A stretch of DNA of 64,000 nucleotides from a virus. Taxonomy: Duplodnaviria > Heunggongvirae > Uroviricota > Caudoviricetes. Below the pieces are notes generated by a model. The model was not told the origin of the DNA. It did no database searches and saw only the letters and a program-made list of their open reading frames with translations. Positions 23,891 through 40,454 of this stretch are shown here, piece by piece. The translations under genes and the position numbers were made by a program. Location: IMG/VR virus record IMGVR_UViG_3300045988_004821. One strand, given 5' to 3'. Each line of letters opens with the position of its first letter. Position 1 is the first letter of the stretch.

Positions 23891-25237
23891 ATGAGTTCGA
23901 ATATCTTCAGACTTGCTGATAGATTATTCAACCAACCTTTACTAGCCACTGAATCATTAGCTCACTCAGCAGCAACTTATGTGAATAACAGATTGCTGGG
24001 TGATGTCCAAGCAGCAGTAAACTTTGATAAACCTAAAGGTGAAGCAAGAAGTCTTTTAAAAGTAAAAGATGATATTGCTATTATCCCTATTATGGGTGGC
24101 TTAACCCATCGTATGACATTCATTGATGCAATGTGCACAGGTGGTTTAAGTTCTTATGAAGGTTTACGCAGAGGCTTTGACGAAGCTTTAGCAGATGAGT
24201 CAATTAAGACTATTGTTCTGCACATTGATTCTGGTGGTGGTGAAGCTTCAGGTTGCTTTGAATTAGCACGTCACATTATGGCTTCAAGAGGCCAAAAGAA
24301 AATTATTGCTTATGTAGATGAGTTCGCTTGTTCCGCTGCATATGCTCTTGCATCTTCTGCTGAAGAAATTATTGCATCACCAGATGCAGATGTTGGTTCT
24401 ATTGGTGTAATCATGGTTCATCAGGAATTAACTAAGGCATTTGAAAAGAATGGCGTAACAATTAACGTCATCAAAGCTGGTGAGTTTAAAGGTATGGGTT
24501 CACCATTCCAAGCACTTTCAGAAGAAAGCAAAGAAAGACTTCAAAAGAGAATTAACGATACCTACGCAACCTTTACAGGTTTTGTAGCTGAATCTCGTAA
24601 TCTCTCTGAAGAAGCTGTAAAGAATACTGAGGCGAATGTTTATTCTGCTCAGGAAGCTCTTGAACTTGGTTTAATTAACTCAATCATGTCTCAAGATGAT
24701 TTCTTAAATTACTTACAAGGTTCTGAAGAGGCTCCTGTAAGTTTAAACGTTAACAATTCAGGTGAAGAAATGACTGAACAAGAAAAGCAAGAACTAGAAG
24801 CTTTGCGTCTTCAGGTTGCTCAAATGAAAGCTAAAGAACAGGAAGCTGCTTTGTCAGATTTGACTAATAAGATTTCTGCTTCTGCTGAAGCTTTTGGGTT
24901 TGATGCAAAAGAAGCTGCAACGACTATTTTAGGTGCTGGTCTTGACAACCCTCTGAGTGTTCTGTTTATGAATGCTATGGAAGGTGCTAACCAGAAACTT
25001 AATGAAACTATCGCGTCCCATGCTTCTGCAATGGAAGAAAAAGAATCAGAAATTACCAAGCTGAAAGAAACTGCTGGTGCTGTTCTTGAACATTCCAACG
25101 CTATGGAAGAAATGGGTAATGACGGCGAAGCTGATTTGGTTGAAGAAGAAAAAGAACCAGCTAAGAATGCTTCCGAAGACACCGCTGAACAACGCAAACT
25201 GGCTCTCCAGAATGCTCTAAAATCTCTTATCAAATAA
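23891..25237 (+). CDS. prohead protease (S49/ClpP-like) with C-terminal scaffold-like acidic coiled-coil region
   Basis: Motifs HIDSGGGEASGCFELARHI and AYVDEFACSAAYALASSAEEIIAS typical of S49 peptidases; lies between portal and capsid genes. Confidence 0.75.
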   Translation: MSSNIFRLADRLFNQPLLATESLAHSAATYVNNRLLGDVQAAVNFDKPKGEARSLLKVKDDIAIIPIMGGLTHRMTFIDAMCTGGLSSYEGLRRGFDEALADESIKTIVLHIDSGGGEASGCFELARHIMASRGQKKIIAYVDEFACSAAYALASSAEEIIASPDADVGSIGVIMVHQELTKAFEKNGVTINVIKAGEFKGMGSPFQALSEESKERLQKRINDTYATFTGFVAESRNLSEEAVKNTEANVYSAQEALELGLINSIMSQDDFLNYLQGSEEAPVSLNVNNSGEEMTEQEKQELEALRLQVAQMKAKEQEAALSDLTNKISASAEAFGFDAKEAATTILGAGLDNPLSVLFMNAMEGANQKLNETIASHASAMEEKESEITKLKETAGAVLEHSNAMEEMGNDGEADLVEEEKEPAKNASEDTAEQRKLALQNALKSLIK

Positions 25238-25248
25238 GGAACACAATA

Positions 25249-25626
25249 ATGGCATATGAAGGTTTTACTCACTTAGGTAAAAGAGAACCTCTGAATGATA
25301 TCATTCTTTGGGAACAGGTTACCCCAACAGGTCACTCTCGCAAAGAGTACACTCCAGTTGCTTCAACAGAATACCGTGTAGGTGAAGTCCTGAAAGCAGA
25401 TGGTACTAAAGTTGCAGCAGGGGAAGAAGCTCAGGCTGATTCTGTATGTATCGTTAACTTTTACGCAGACCTACAACTGTCTTATCACGGTCAGTTGAAA
25501 GTAGTTGGTATTCACCGTGACGCAGAACTGAAAGACCTGCTTACTCTTGAATCCGGTGTTAATGCTGAGAACGTCAAGAAAGCTCTGGCTGCTAAAGGTA
25601 TTGATTTCGTACCAACTGGCCTGTAA
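25249..25626 (+). CDS. putative head decoration protein (125 aa)
   Basis: Small ORF between protease and major capsid gene (lambda D-like position). Confidence 0.4.
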   Translation: MAYEGFTHLGKREPLNDIILWEQVTPTGHSRKEYTPVASTEYRVGEVLKADGTKVAAGEEAQADSVCIVNFYADLQLSYHGQLKVVGIHRDAELKDLLTLESGVNAENVKKALAAKGIDFVPTGL

Positions 25627-25659
25627 TAACAATAATAAGACATTCTGGAGAATTTTACA

Positions 25660-26763
25660 ATGTTGACTAATTCTGAAAAAAGCAGATTTTTCCTTGCTGA
25701 CCTGACTGGTGAAGTCCAGTCTATCCCAAATACTTATGGGTATATTTCCAACTTAGGTCTGTTCCGTTCAGCACCAATCACCCAAACTACTTTCCTTATG
25801 GACTTGACTGATTGGGATGTTAGCTTGCTTGATGCGGTAGACCGTGATAGCCGTAAAGCAGAGACTAGCGCACCTGAGCGTGTTCGTCAAATCAGCTTCC
25901 CAATGATGTATTTCAAAGAAGTTGAAAGCATTACTCCTGATGAGATTCAGGGTGTACGTCAGCCAGGCACTGCAAATGAACTGACTACCGAAGCTGTAGT
26001 CCGTGCTAAGAAGCTGATGAAGATTCGTACCAAGTTCGATATTACTCGTGAGTTCCTGTTTATGCAAGCTCTGAAGGGTAAAGTTGTTGATGCTCGTGGT
26101 ACTCTGTATGCTGACCTGTACAAGCAGTTTGATGTTCAGAAGAAGACTGTTTACTTCGACCTTGATAACCCTAATGCGGATATCGATGCTTCTATCGAAG
26201 AACTGCGTATGCACATGGAAGATGAAGCTAAGACTGGCACTGTAATCAACGGTGAAGAAATTCACGTAGTTGTTGACCGTGCATTCTTCAGCAAGCTGAC
26301 TAAACACCCTAAGATTCGTGATGCTTACCTTGCACAGCAGACTCCGCTGGCTTGGCAGCAGATTACTGGTTCTCTGAGAACTGGTGGTGCTGACGGCGTT
26401 CAGGCTCACATGAACACTTTCTACTACGGTGGCGTTAAGTTTGTCCAGTATAACGGTAAGTTTAAAGACAAGCGTGGTAAGGTTCATACTCTGGTTAGCA
26501 TTGATGGTGCTGGTGCAGACGTTGGTGTAGGGCACGCTTTCCCTAATGTATCTATGTTGGGTGAAGCTAACAACATCTTTGAAGTTGCATACGGCCCATG
26601 TCCTAAGATGGGTTATGCAAATACACTTGGTCAGGAACTATACGTATTCGAATACGAAAAAGACCGTGACGAAGGTATTGACTTCGAAGCTCACTCTTAC
26701 ATGCTGCCATACTGTACTCGCCCTCAGTTGCTGGTAGATGTTCGTGCTGACGCTCAAGGCTAA
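25660..26763 (+). CDS. major capsid protein (putative)
   Basis: 367 aa ORF after protease and decoration genes; SD GGAG upstream. Confidence 0.7.
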   Translation: MLTNSEKSRFFLADLTGEVQSIPNTYGYISNLGLFRSAPITQTTFLMDLTDWDVSLLDAVDRDSRKAETSAPERVRQISFPMMYFKEVESITPDEIQGVRQPGTANELTTEAVVRAKKLMKIRTKFDITREFLFMQALKGKVVDARGTLYADLYKQFDVQKKTVYFDLDNPNADIDASIEELRMHMEDEAKTGTVINGEEIHVVVDRAFFSKLTKHPKIRDAYLAQQTPLAWQQITGSLRTGGADGVQAHMNTFYYGGVKFVQYNGKFKDKRGKVHTLVSIDGAGADVGVGHAFPNVSMLGEANNIFEVAYGPCPKMGYANTLGQELYVFEYEKDRDEGIDFEAHSYMLPYCTRPQLLVDVRADAQG

Positions 26764-26784
26764 TATTCTTAAGGAGGGTTATGA

Positions 26785-27234
26785 ATGTGTTATACAGGCG
26801 ACCCAGCCAATAACCCTCTTGATAGAGTAAGAATCCTCTGCACAGACACCAATAATGATGAAATTCTTATTGAACAGTCTGTGCTAGAGTGGTTCTATCT
26901 AGAATCTGGAAAGGATGAAAAGAAAGCAGCCATCAAAGCTCTTAAATATTTACTCTTTCAAGTAGCCAAGATGGGAGATGAGAAGGTTGGTGGTGTTTAT
27001 TTACGTAACTCTTCCAGATTCAAATCTCTGAAAGCTGTTTATGACGACCTTGTTAAAAGCTCTGTTTCAGGACTACCCTATGCAGGTGGTATTAATCAGT
27101 GTGATATTGACATGCGTCGTCAGAATCCTTGCTCTGTCAAGAAATACACAGAATATGGTGATGCTGCCAGATACGAAGGCAGAGATTACTGCAACCGTGT
27201 TAATGGCGTATTTATTATCGAGCGAGATGAATAA
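26785..27234 (+). CDS. putative head-tail connector / completion protein (149 aa)
   Basis: Position after capsid gene. Confidence 0.4.
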   Translation: MCYTGDPANNPLDRVRILCTDTNNDEILIEQSVLEWFYLESGKDEKKAAIKALKYLLFQVAKMGDEKVGGVYLRNSSRFKSLKAVYDDLVKSSVSGLPYAGGINQCDIDMRRQNPCSVKKYTEYGDAARYEGRDYCNRVNGVFIIERDE

Positions 27235-27716
27235 TGGTTAAAAGGGTTATTCACCCCGCGAGAGCAAAATTAGTCGGGGCTATGAAGAACTTGCAAACGG
27301 CTAATGCTCAAGTTGGGTATTTTCAAGAACAAGGTCAACATAGCTCTGGTTTTTCTTATCCTGCTTTAATGTATTTACAAGAAGTTATTGGGGTTCCTTC
27401 AGCTTCTGGTAAAGTATATCGTAGGTTGTTTGAAATCACTATGATGCTAAACAAACAGACCTTGTTAGAGCAGACTAAGAAGAATCTATATAAGCAACTT
27501 AGCAGTCTCAACACAGACCCTTCAAATACCTTAGAAGCATTTGCAAAGAATGCTCAAAAGGCAATTAAAAGGGGTTTTGGTAATTCTGCTATCCTCCCTC
27601 CTAACGCACCTTCCACAGTCAAGAAAAAAGGCTTTAACGCACCTCTTGTTGAGACAGGTGACTTAAGAGATAACCTTGCTTATAAAATTTCTACTAAGAA
27701 GGGTATTAAGAAATGA
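27234..27716 (+). CDS. putative head-tail joining protein (160 aa)
   Basis: Translationally coupled ORF in structural operon. Confidence 0.4.
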   Translation: MVKRVIHPARAKLVGAMKNLQTANAQVGYFQEQGQHSSGFSYPALMYLQEVIGVPSASGKVYRRLFEITMMLNKQTLLEQTKKNLYKQLSSLNTDPSNTLEAFAKNAQKAIKRGFGNSAILPPNAPSTVKKKGFNAPLVETGDLRDNLAYKISTKKGIKK

Positions 27717-28114
27717 GACTCTTAAACAGACACAGCTTTGTAGTAAAGCGTAAAGTCTCTGAAGATGGTTATTATAATGATGATGGTGATTGGGTAGCTT
27801 CACAAGATATTGTAGAGGTTAACTGTAAAGGTAATATCCAGCCATATATCAAAGGTTCTGTAAAGAACGGTACACAGATTGCTTTACCGGAAGGTATTAG
27901 ACTAACCGATACAAGAATCCTGTATACTACATATAAACTTAGAACTTCAGATGATGTAGAGTGGAATGAGTCTGATATTGTTATGATTGATGGTCATGAG
28001 TATGAAGTATTTATGACTATGGATTGGTCACAGCAATTAGCCCATACATCCCATTATGAATATATCATTATTAGAAGGGATAAAATGAATGCAGTTAGAA
28101 ACAGCAGAACTTGA
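27713..28114 (+). CDS. hypothetical structural protein (133 aa)
   Basis: Overlapping start/stop in structural operon. Confidence 0.4.
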   Translation: MRLLNRHSFVVKRKVSEDGYYNDDGDWVASQDIVEVNCKGNIQPYIKGSVKNGTQIALPEGIRLTDTRILYTTYKLRTSDDVEWNESDIVMIDGHEYEVFMTMDWSQQLAHTSHYEYIIIRRDKMNAVRNSRT

Positions 28115-28688
28115 AAAAGGTCTAGTTAGAACCTTAGTGGATGTTATTGGTCACAGATTAGCTCGTGATAAAAATAATAGACCAAACGTAATTAGAGCTT
28201 ACCCTTCTGATAACTCAAATGACAAAGGTTTAAAACCTGACCAGCCATTTATTACCGTATATTGTCAAGATGCTGCAACACCTTATGGTTGGGTTCTTGA
28301 TAAGTTTGTTGAAGATGATGTAGTTTGTTACAGAATTGCTTTTCAGATTCCAGTATTAATTACGGTGAATGGTAAAGGTGCTCACAGTATTATGCTTGAG
28401 CTTAAACAAAGATTAGAGATGAGTTCAGTCAGAGATTTAATCCTTGAAGAAACAGGAGCTACAGTACTGGACACTGGAGCAATCCCAAATGATTACACTT
28501 ATCTCAATACAGATTTCGAAAATTCTGCACCTCTTGTTGTAACTCTTGTAAAAAACTCAGTCCTGAAAGATGAACGTGGAAGTATTATTGAGCGTGTCAT
28601 TGTTGATGGTGAGTTAGTTTATGAAGAAGGACAAGAGCCACCAGAATATATTATCCATCTAGATGTAGACTCCAAAGGGGTAAAATAA
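28089..28688 (+). CDS. hypothetical structural protein (199 aa)
   Basis: Structural operon. Confidence 0.4.
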   Translation: MQLETAELEKGLVRTLVDVIGHRLARDKNNRPNVIRAYPSDNSNDKGLKPDQPFITVYCQDAATPYGWVLDKFVEDDVVCYRIAFQIPVLITVNGKGAHSIMLELKQRLEMSSVRDLILEETGATVLDTGAIPNDYTYLNTDFENSAPLVVTLVKNSVLKDERGSIIERVIVDGELVYEEGQEPPEYIIHLDVDSKGVK

Positions 28689-30041
28689 ATGTGGAATCCA
28701 ATTGTTAATGTAGATATTACATTGAACACCGCAGGAACTACAAGAGAAGGTTTTGGTTTGCCACTATTCTTAGCTTCAACAGATAACTTTGAAGAAAGAG
28801 TCCGTGGTTACACTTCCTTAACTGAAGTTGCTGAAGATTTCGATGAAAACTCTGCTGCATATAAGGCTGCTAAACAACTTTGGAGTCAGACTCCTAAAGT
28901 AACTCAGCTTTATATTGGTAGACGCGCTATGCAGTACACTGTATCAATTCCTGATGAGGTTACTGAGAGCACGGACTACTCAATTACTGTAGCTGTCGGT
29001 GGGGGAATGTCACAACCATTCCAGTACACCTCACAAGGTGAAGATACTGCCGAGAATGTATTACAACAGTTTAAAACACAGATTGAAGCTGACCAATCAA
29101 TTAAAGATAAAGTTTCAGTCAATGTTACTGGTAGCAACGGTTCTGCCACAATGGTCATCTCCAAAGCTGGTGACAATGATTTCGTGAAGGTAACCACTAC
29201 AGCACAAACTGTGTCTATTGCAAGCACAACTGCTGATACAGCGTCAACTGCTCTGGCAGCTATTGAAGCTTATTCTACCGACTGGTATTTCATTGCAGCA
29301 GAAGACAGAACTCAACAGTTTGTTTTGGCAATGGCTTCTGAGATTCAGGCTCGTAAGAAAATCTTCTTCACAGCTAACTCTGATGTAGCAGCACTGCAAG
29401 GTACAGAATTAAATGGTGCAAATGATGTTCCAGCACAGCTTGCTAAGAGTATGTATACTCGCACAGTTTGCTTGTGGCATCACACAGCGGCAGAAGATTA
29501 TCCAGAGATGGCATATATTGCTTATGGCGCTCCATACGATGCAGGGTCAATTGCTTGGGGTAATGCTCAGTTGACTGGTGTAGCTGCTTCTTTACAGCCA
29601 GCTAATAAGAGACCTCTGACAAGCATTCAGAAGTCAGCTTTAGATGTACGTCACTGTAACTTTATCGACCTTGATGGTGGTGTTCCAGTGGTTCGTAGAG
29701 GGATTACTTCTGGTGGGGAATGGATTGATATCGTCCGTGGTGTTGACTGGTTAGAATCAGACCTGAAAACTTCTCTGAGAGACTTGCTAATTAACCAGAA
29801 GGGTGGTAAGATTACTTATGATGATACTGGTATTACCCGTATTCGTCAAGTCATTGAAACCTCTCTACAAAGAGCAGTCAACAGAAACTTCCTGTCATCT
29901 TACACAGTTAATGTTCCTAAAGCCTCTCAAGTTGCTTTGGCAGACAAGAAAGCTCGTATCCTGAAAGATGTTACCTTCGCAGGTATCTTAGCAGGGGCTA
30001 TCTTGGATGTTGACTTGAAAGGTACAGTGGCTTACGAATAA
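28689..30041 (+). CDS. putative tail sheath protein (450 aa)
   Basis: Large ORF followed by a ~150-aa ORF, two small ORFs and the tape measure gene: sheath-tube-chaperone-TMP order of contractile tails. Confidence 0.55.
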   Translation: MWNPIVNVDITLNTAGTTREGFGLPLFLASTDNFEERVRGYTSLTEVAEDFDENSAAYKAAKQLWSQTPKVTQLYIGRRAMQYTVSIPDEVTESTDYSITVAVGGGMSQPFQYTSQGEDTAENVLQQFKTQIEADQSIKDKVSVNVTGSNGSATMVISKAGDNDFVKVTTTAQTVSIASTTADTASTALAAIEAYSTDWYFIAAEDRTQQFVLAMASEIQARKKIFFTANSDVAALQGTELNGANDVPAQLAKSMYTRTVCLWHHTAAEDYPEMAYIAYGAPYDAGSIAWGNAQLTGVAASLQPANKRPLTSIQKSALDVRHCNFIDLDGGVPVVRRGITSGGEWIDIVRGVDWLESDLKTSLRDLLINQKGGKITYDDTGITRIRQVIETSLQRAVNRNFLSSYTVNVPKASQVALADKKARILKDVTFAGILAGAILDVDLKGTVAYE

Positions 30042-30056
30042 TAGAGGTAAATTGGA

Positions 30057-30503
30057 ATGGCTATGTATCAGCAATATTCCCCTAAAGACGTTGTATGTAG
30101 CTGGAATGGTATTGCCATTGAAGGCTTTGCCCCAGACTCATTTTTACGTCTACAGAGAACATCACCACTTATCACACCAGTTGTAGGTGCAGGTGGTCAG
30201 GTTGCTCTGACAAGAAATGCAGACAAGACAGGTACTATTGAGATTGAGCTAATGCAGACTTCTCTCTCTAACCAGATGCTTTCTGCAATTCAAGCTAAAC
30301 AAGACAACATGGAACTTGAAGAAGATATCTCTTCTAACTTCGTAATCTACGACCCATCAGGCTCTGTTCTGGCAACTGGTATTAATGCTTGGTTGCAGGA
30401 ATTACCACAGATTGAACTTGGGCGTGACCAGAACTCTAAAACTTGGATTTTTGGTTGTGAGAAGCTAGACTACACTTCTACAATTCCAGCGTCAAGTGTT
30501 TAA
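30057..30503 (+). CDS. putative tail tube protein (148 aa)
   Basis: Position after sheath candidate; terminator-like hairpin downstream. Confidence 0.5.
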   Translation: MAMYQQYSPKDVVCSWNGIAIEGFAPDSFLRLQRTSPLITPVVGAGGQVALTRNADKTGTIEIELMQTSLSNQMLSAIQAKQDNMELEEDISSNFVIYDPSGSVLATGINAWLQELPQIELGRDQNSKTWIFGCEKLDYTSTIPASSV

Positions 30504-30576
30504 TAAATCCTATAAGGGGGAGACTTTAAAAGGTCTTCCCCTTTTTTGTTTCTTTTAAAAGTATTAAGGAATCACA

Positions 30577-30975
30577 ATGAAAACAGAATCTAAAGTAATT
30601 AATGGTAAGAAAGTAAATATCGTTCTGCTTGGGGCAAGAGATGGGATTAAGATGTCTATGAAGCTGGGTAAAATTGTTGTTCCAACATTTGCACAGATGC
30701 TATCAAGTCTGACTGATAAAGATAAGAAAGAAGCTCCAATGGTTCCATTTAAAGACCTTGTTGAAGCTTGTTTTGACAGAATTGAAGAAATTAACCTTGA
30801 AGAAATGGCTACCCTGTTATTTCAAGGGGCAACTGTTGATGACTTCCCACTCAATATTGATACATACTTCCAAGCAAACTACGGTGAGTTTATTGATTAC
30901 TTAGCATTTGCGCTGGAGGCAAACTTCGGAAGTTTTTTCGAAGCAAGCATTTTCAAAAGCCTAACTTCTCAGTAA
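30577..30975 (+). CDS. putative tail assembly chaperone (132 aa)
   Basis: Small ORF immediately upstream of tape measure gene. Confidence 0.45.
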   Translation: MKTESKVINGKKVNIVLLGARDGIKMSMKLGKIVVPTFAQMLSSLTDKDKKEAPMVPFKDLVEACFDRIEEINLEEMATLLFQGATVDDFPLNIDTYFQANYGEFIDYLAFALEANFGSFFEASIFKSLTSQ

Positions 30976-30977
30976 AC

Positions 30978-31216
30978 ATGGGTAATACTCTACAGACACC
31001 ACTAACTGATGCTGCTGTAGAGGCAACCTATGAAGAAGCAGACGAGATGAAATTTGTGCTTGCTATTTATGGTATGGAAGGGTGTAAAGAAACACTTGAC
31101 CAACTCTTTGCTATGACATTCTCTGATTTATTATCATTGAGACAATTTCTTGAAATTCAGAGGTCGTATAAAGAGGAAATTGCTTACAACGAACTTAGAA
31201 GAGCAGGAAAAATGTA

Positions 31217-31217
<1 letters not shown>
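30978..31217 (+). CDS. putative tail assembly chaperone, second ORF (79 aa)
   Basis: Second small ORF before tape measure, in a different frame from the first. Confidence 0.4.
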
Positions 31218-39233
<8,016 letters not shown>

Positions 39234-39235
39234 TA

Positions 39236-40408
39236 ATGGCAGTAGGTGAAATTCAAATTAGTGCCTTGCCTCAAGCATCCTTACCAATTGACCTTAGTGA
39301 TATCTTCCATCTTAAGCAGGGTATTGAGGATAAGAGGTGTACTCTTGAGCAATTACTTGCTCCACACGCAAGCCTAAGAAATAACCCTCATGGTGTTACT
39401 AAAACACAAATTGGTTTAGATAATGTTATTAATGCTCTTCAGTTAGTCGCTGCAAATAACTTATCAGATATTGTTAATGTAGCTGAGGCAAGAGCAAATC
39501 TACAGATTATGTCTTCAGAAGAGGTTAATAACCTTGTCCAGCAACATATCAAGGACAAGAGTAACCCACACAATACAACTAAGGCACAGGTTGGTTTAAG
39601 TAATGTTCAGAACTGGACAACATCTAATCTGTATAACGAAGATGCAGATAAGTATGCTACAGCAAGAGCAGTAAATAACTTGTACAAGGCTGTTCAGGCT
39701 TCTTATCCAGTAGGTACTATCCATCTTTCTATGAACTCTGCAAACCCTTCCACATACTTAATTTGTGGAGGTACTTGGGAGTTAGTTTCAAAAGGCAGGG
39801 CATTGGTTGGCTATGACTCTGATACAAGACCAGCAGGTTCTGTATTTGGCGCTTCAACTGTCACTTTGTCAGTTAATAACATGCCTCAGCACTCCCACTC
39901 TGTGTCTCTTAGCGGTGGTGGTCACACTCATAATGCAACTGTGTCAATTTCAGCTTTTGATTATGGGACTAAGACTACAAACTCTTTTGACTATGGGACA
40001 AAAGCTACTAACACAACTGGTAACCATACACACAGTGTGTCAGGTAACACTAGCACCAATGGTACTCACAACCATGATGTGTATCCTAGAGAAAATGATG
40101 GCACTGGTAATGCTGTGGCTGACTCTGATGGTGGTGGTGCAAGAAGGACATCAAGGACTTCTAGTGATGGTGCGCACTCACACAGCTTTAACGTCACATC
40201 TGGTGCATCAGGTGACCACAGCCACACGGTTGGTATTGGTGCTCACAGTCATACAGTTGGTATTGGTTCACATACGCATAGTGGCACTGTAACAGTTTCT
40301 TCTTCTGAACATACACATAGTGGCAATACAAATAGTGTTGGTGGAGGTCAGGCAGTTAATATTGAACAGCCATCCTTCGTACTGTATGTATGGCAGAGAA
40401 CAGCTTAA
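39236..40408 (+). CDS. tail fibre protein with C-terminal His-box (HxH) repeats
   Basis: Repeated HTHS/HSHT/AHSHTVGIG motifs and FDYGTK repeats; C-terminus similar to the next ORF. Confidence 0.7.
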   Translation: MAVGEIQISALPQASLPIDLSDIFHLKQGIEDKRCTLEQLLAPHASLRNNPHGVTKTQIGLDNVINALQLVAANNLSDIVNVAEARANLQIMSSEEVNNLVQQHIKDKSNPHNTTKAQVGLSNVQNWTTSNLYNEDADKYATARAVNNLYKAVQASYPVGTIHLSMNSANPSTYLICGGTWELVSKGRALVGYDSDTRPAGSVFGASTVTLSVNNMPQHSHSVSLSGGGHTHNATVSISAFDYGTKTTNSFDYGTKATNTTGNHTHSVSGNTSTNGTHNHDVYPRENDGTGNAVADSDGGGARRTSRTSSDGAHSHSFNVTSGASGDHSHTVGIGAHSHTVGIGSHTHSGTVTVSSSEHTHSGNTNSVGGGQAVNIEQPSFVLYVWQRTA

Positions 40409-40454
40409 TTTCTTTACAGGGGCTTTATAGCCCCTTTTAAGAGGAAAATTTATA

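Noticed and set aside
25768-26535. 255-aa minus-strand ORF antisense to the major capsid gene
   Set aside because: It lies entirely inside a strongly supported plus-strand structural gene, has no ribosome-binding site, and its translation is low-complexity; a shadow ORF.
39807-40292. 161-aa plus-strand alternative-frame ORF inside the first tail-fibre gene (similar ORFs at 42049-42243 and 42397-42693 in the second)
   Set aside because: These are produced by the repetitive His-box coding sequence read out of frame; the His-box frame gives coherent fibre proteins.
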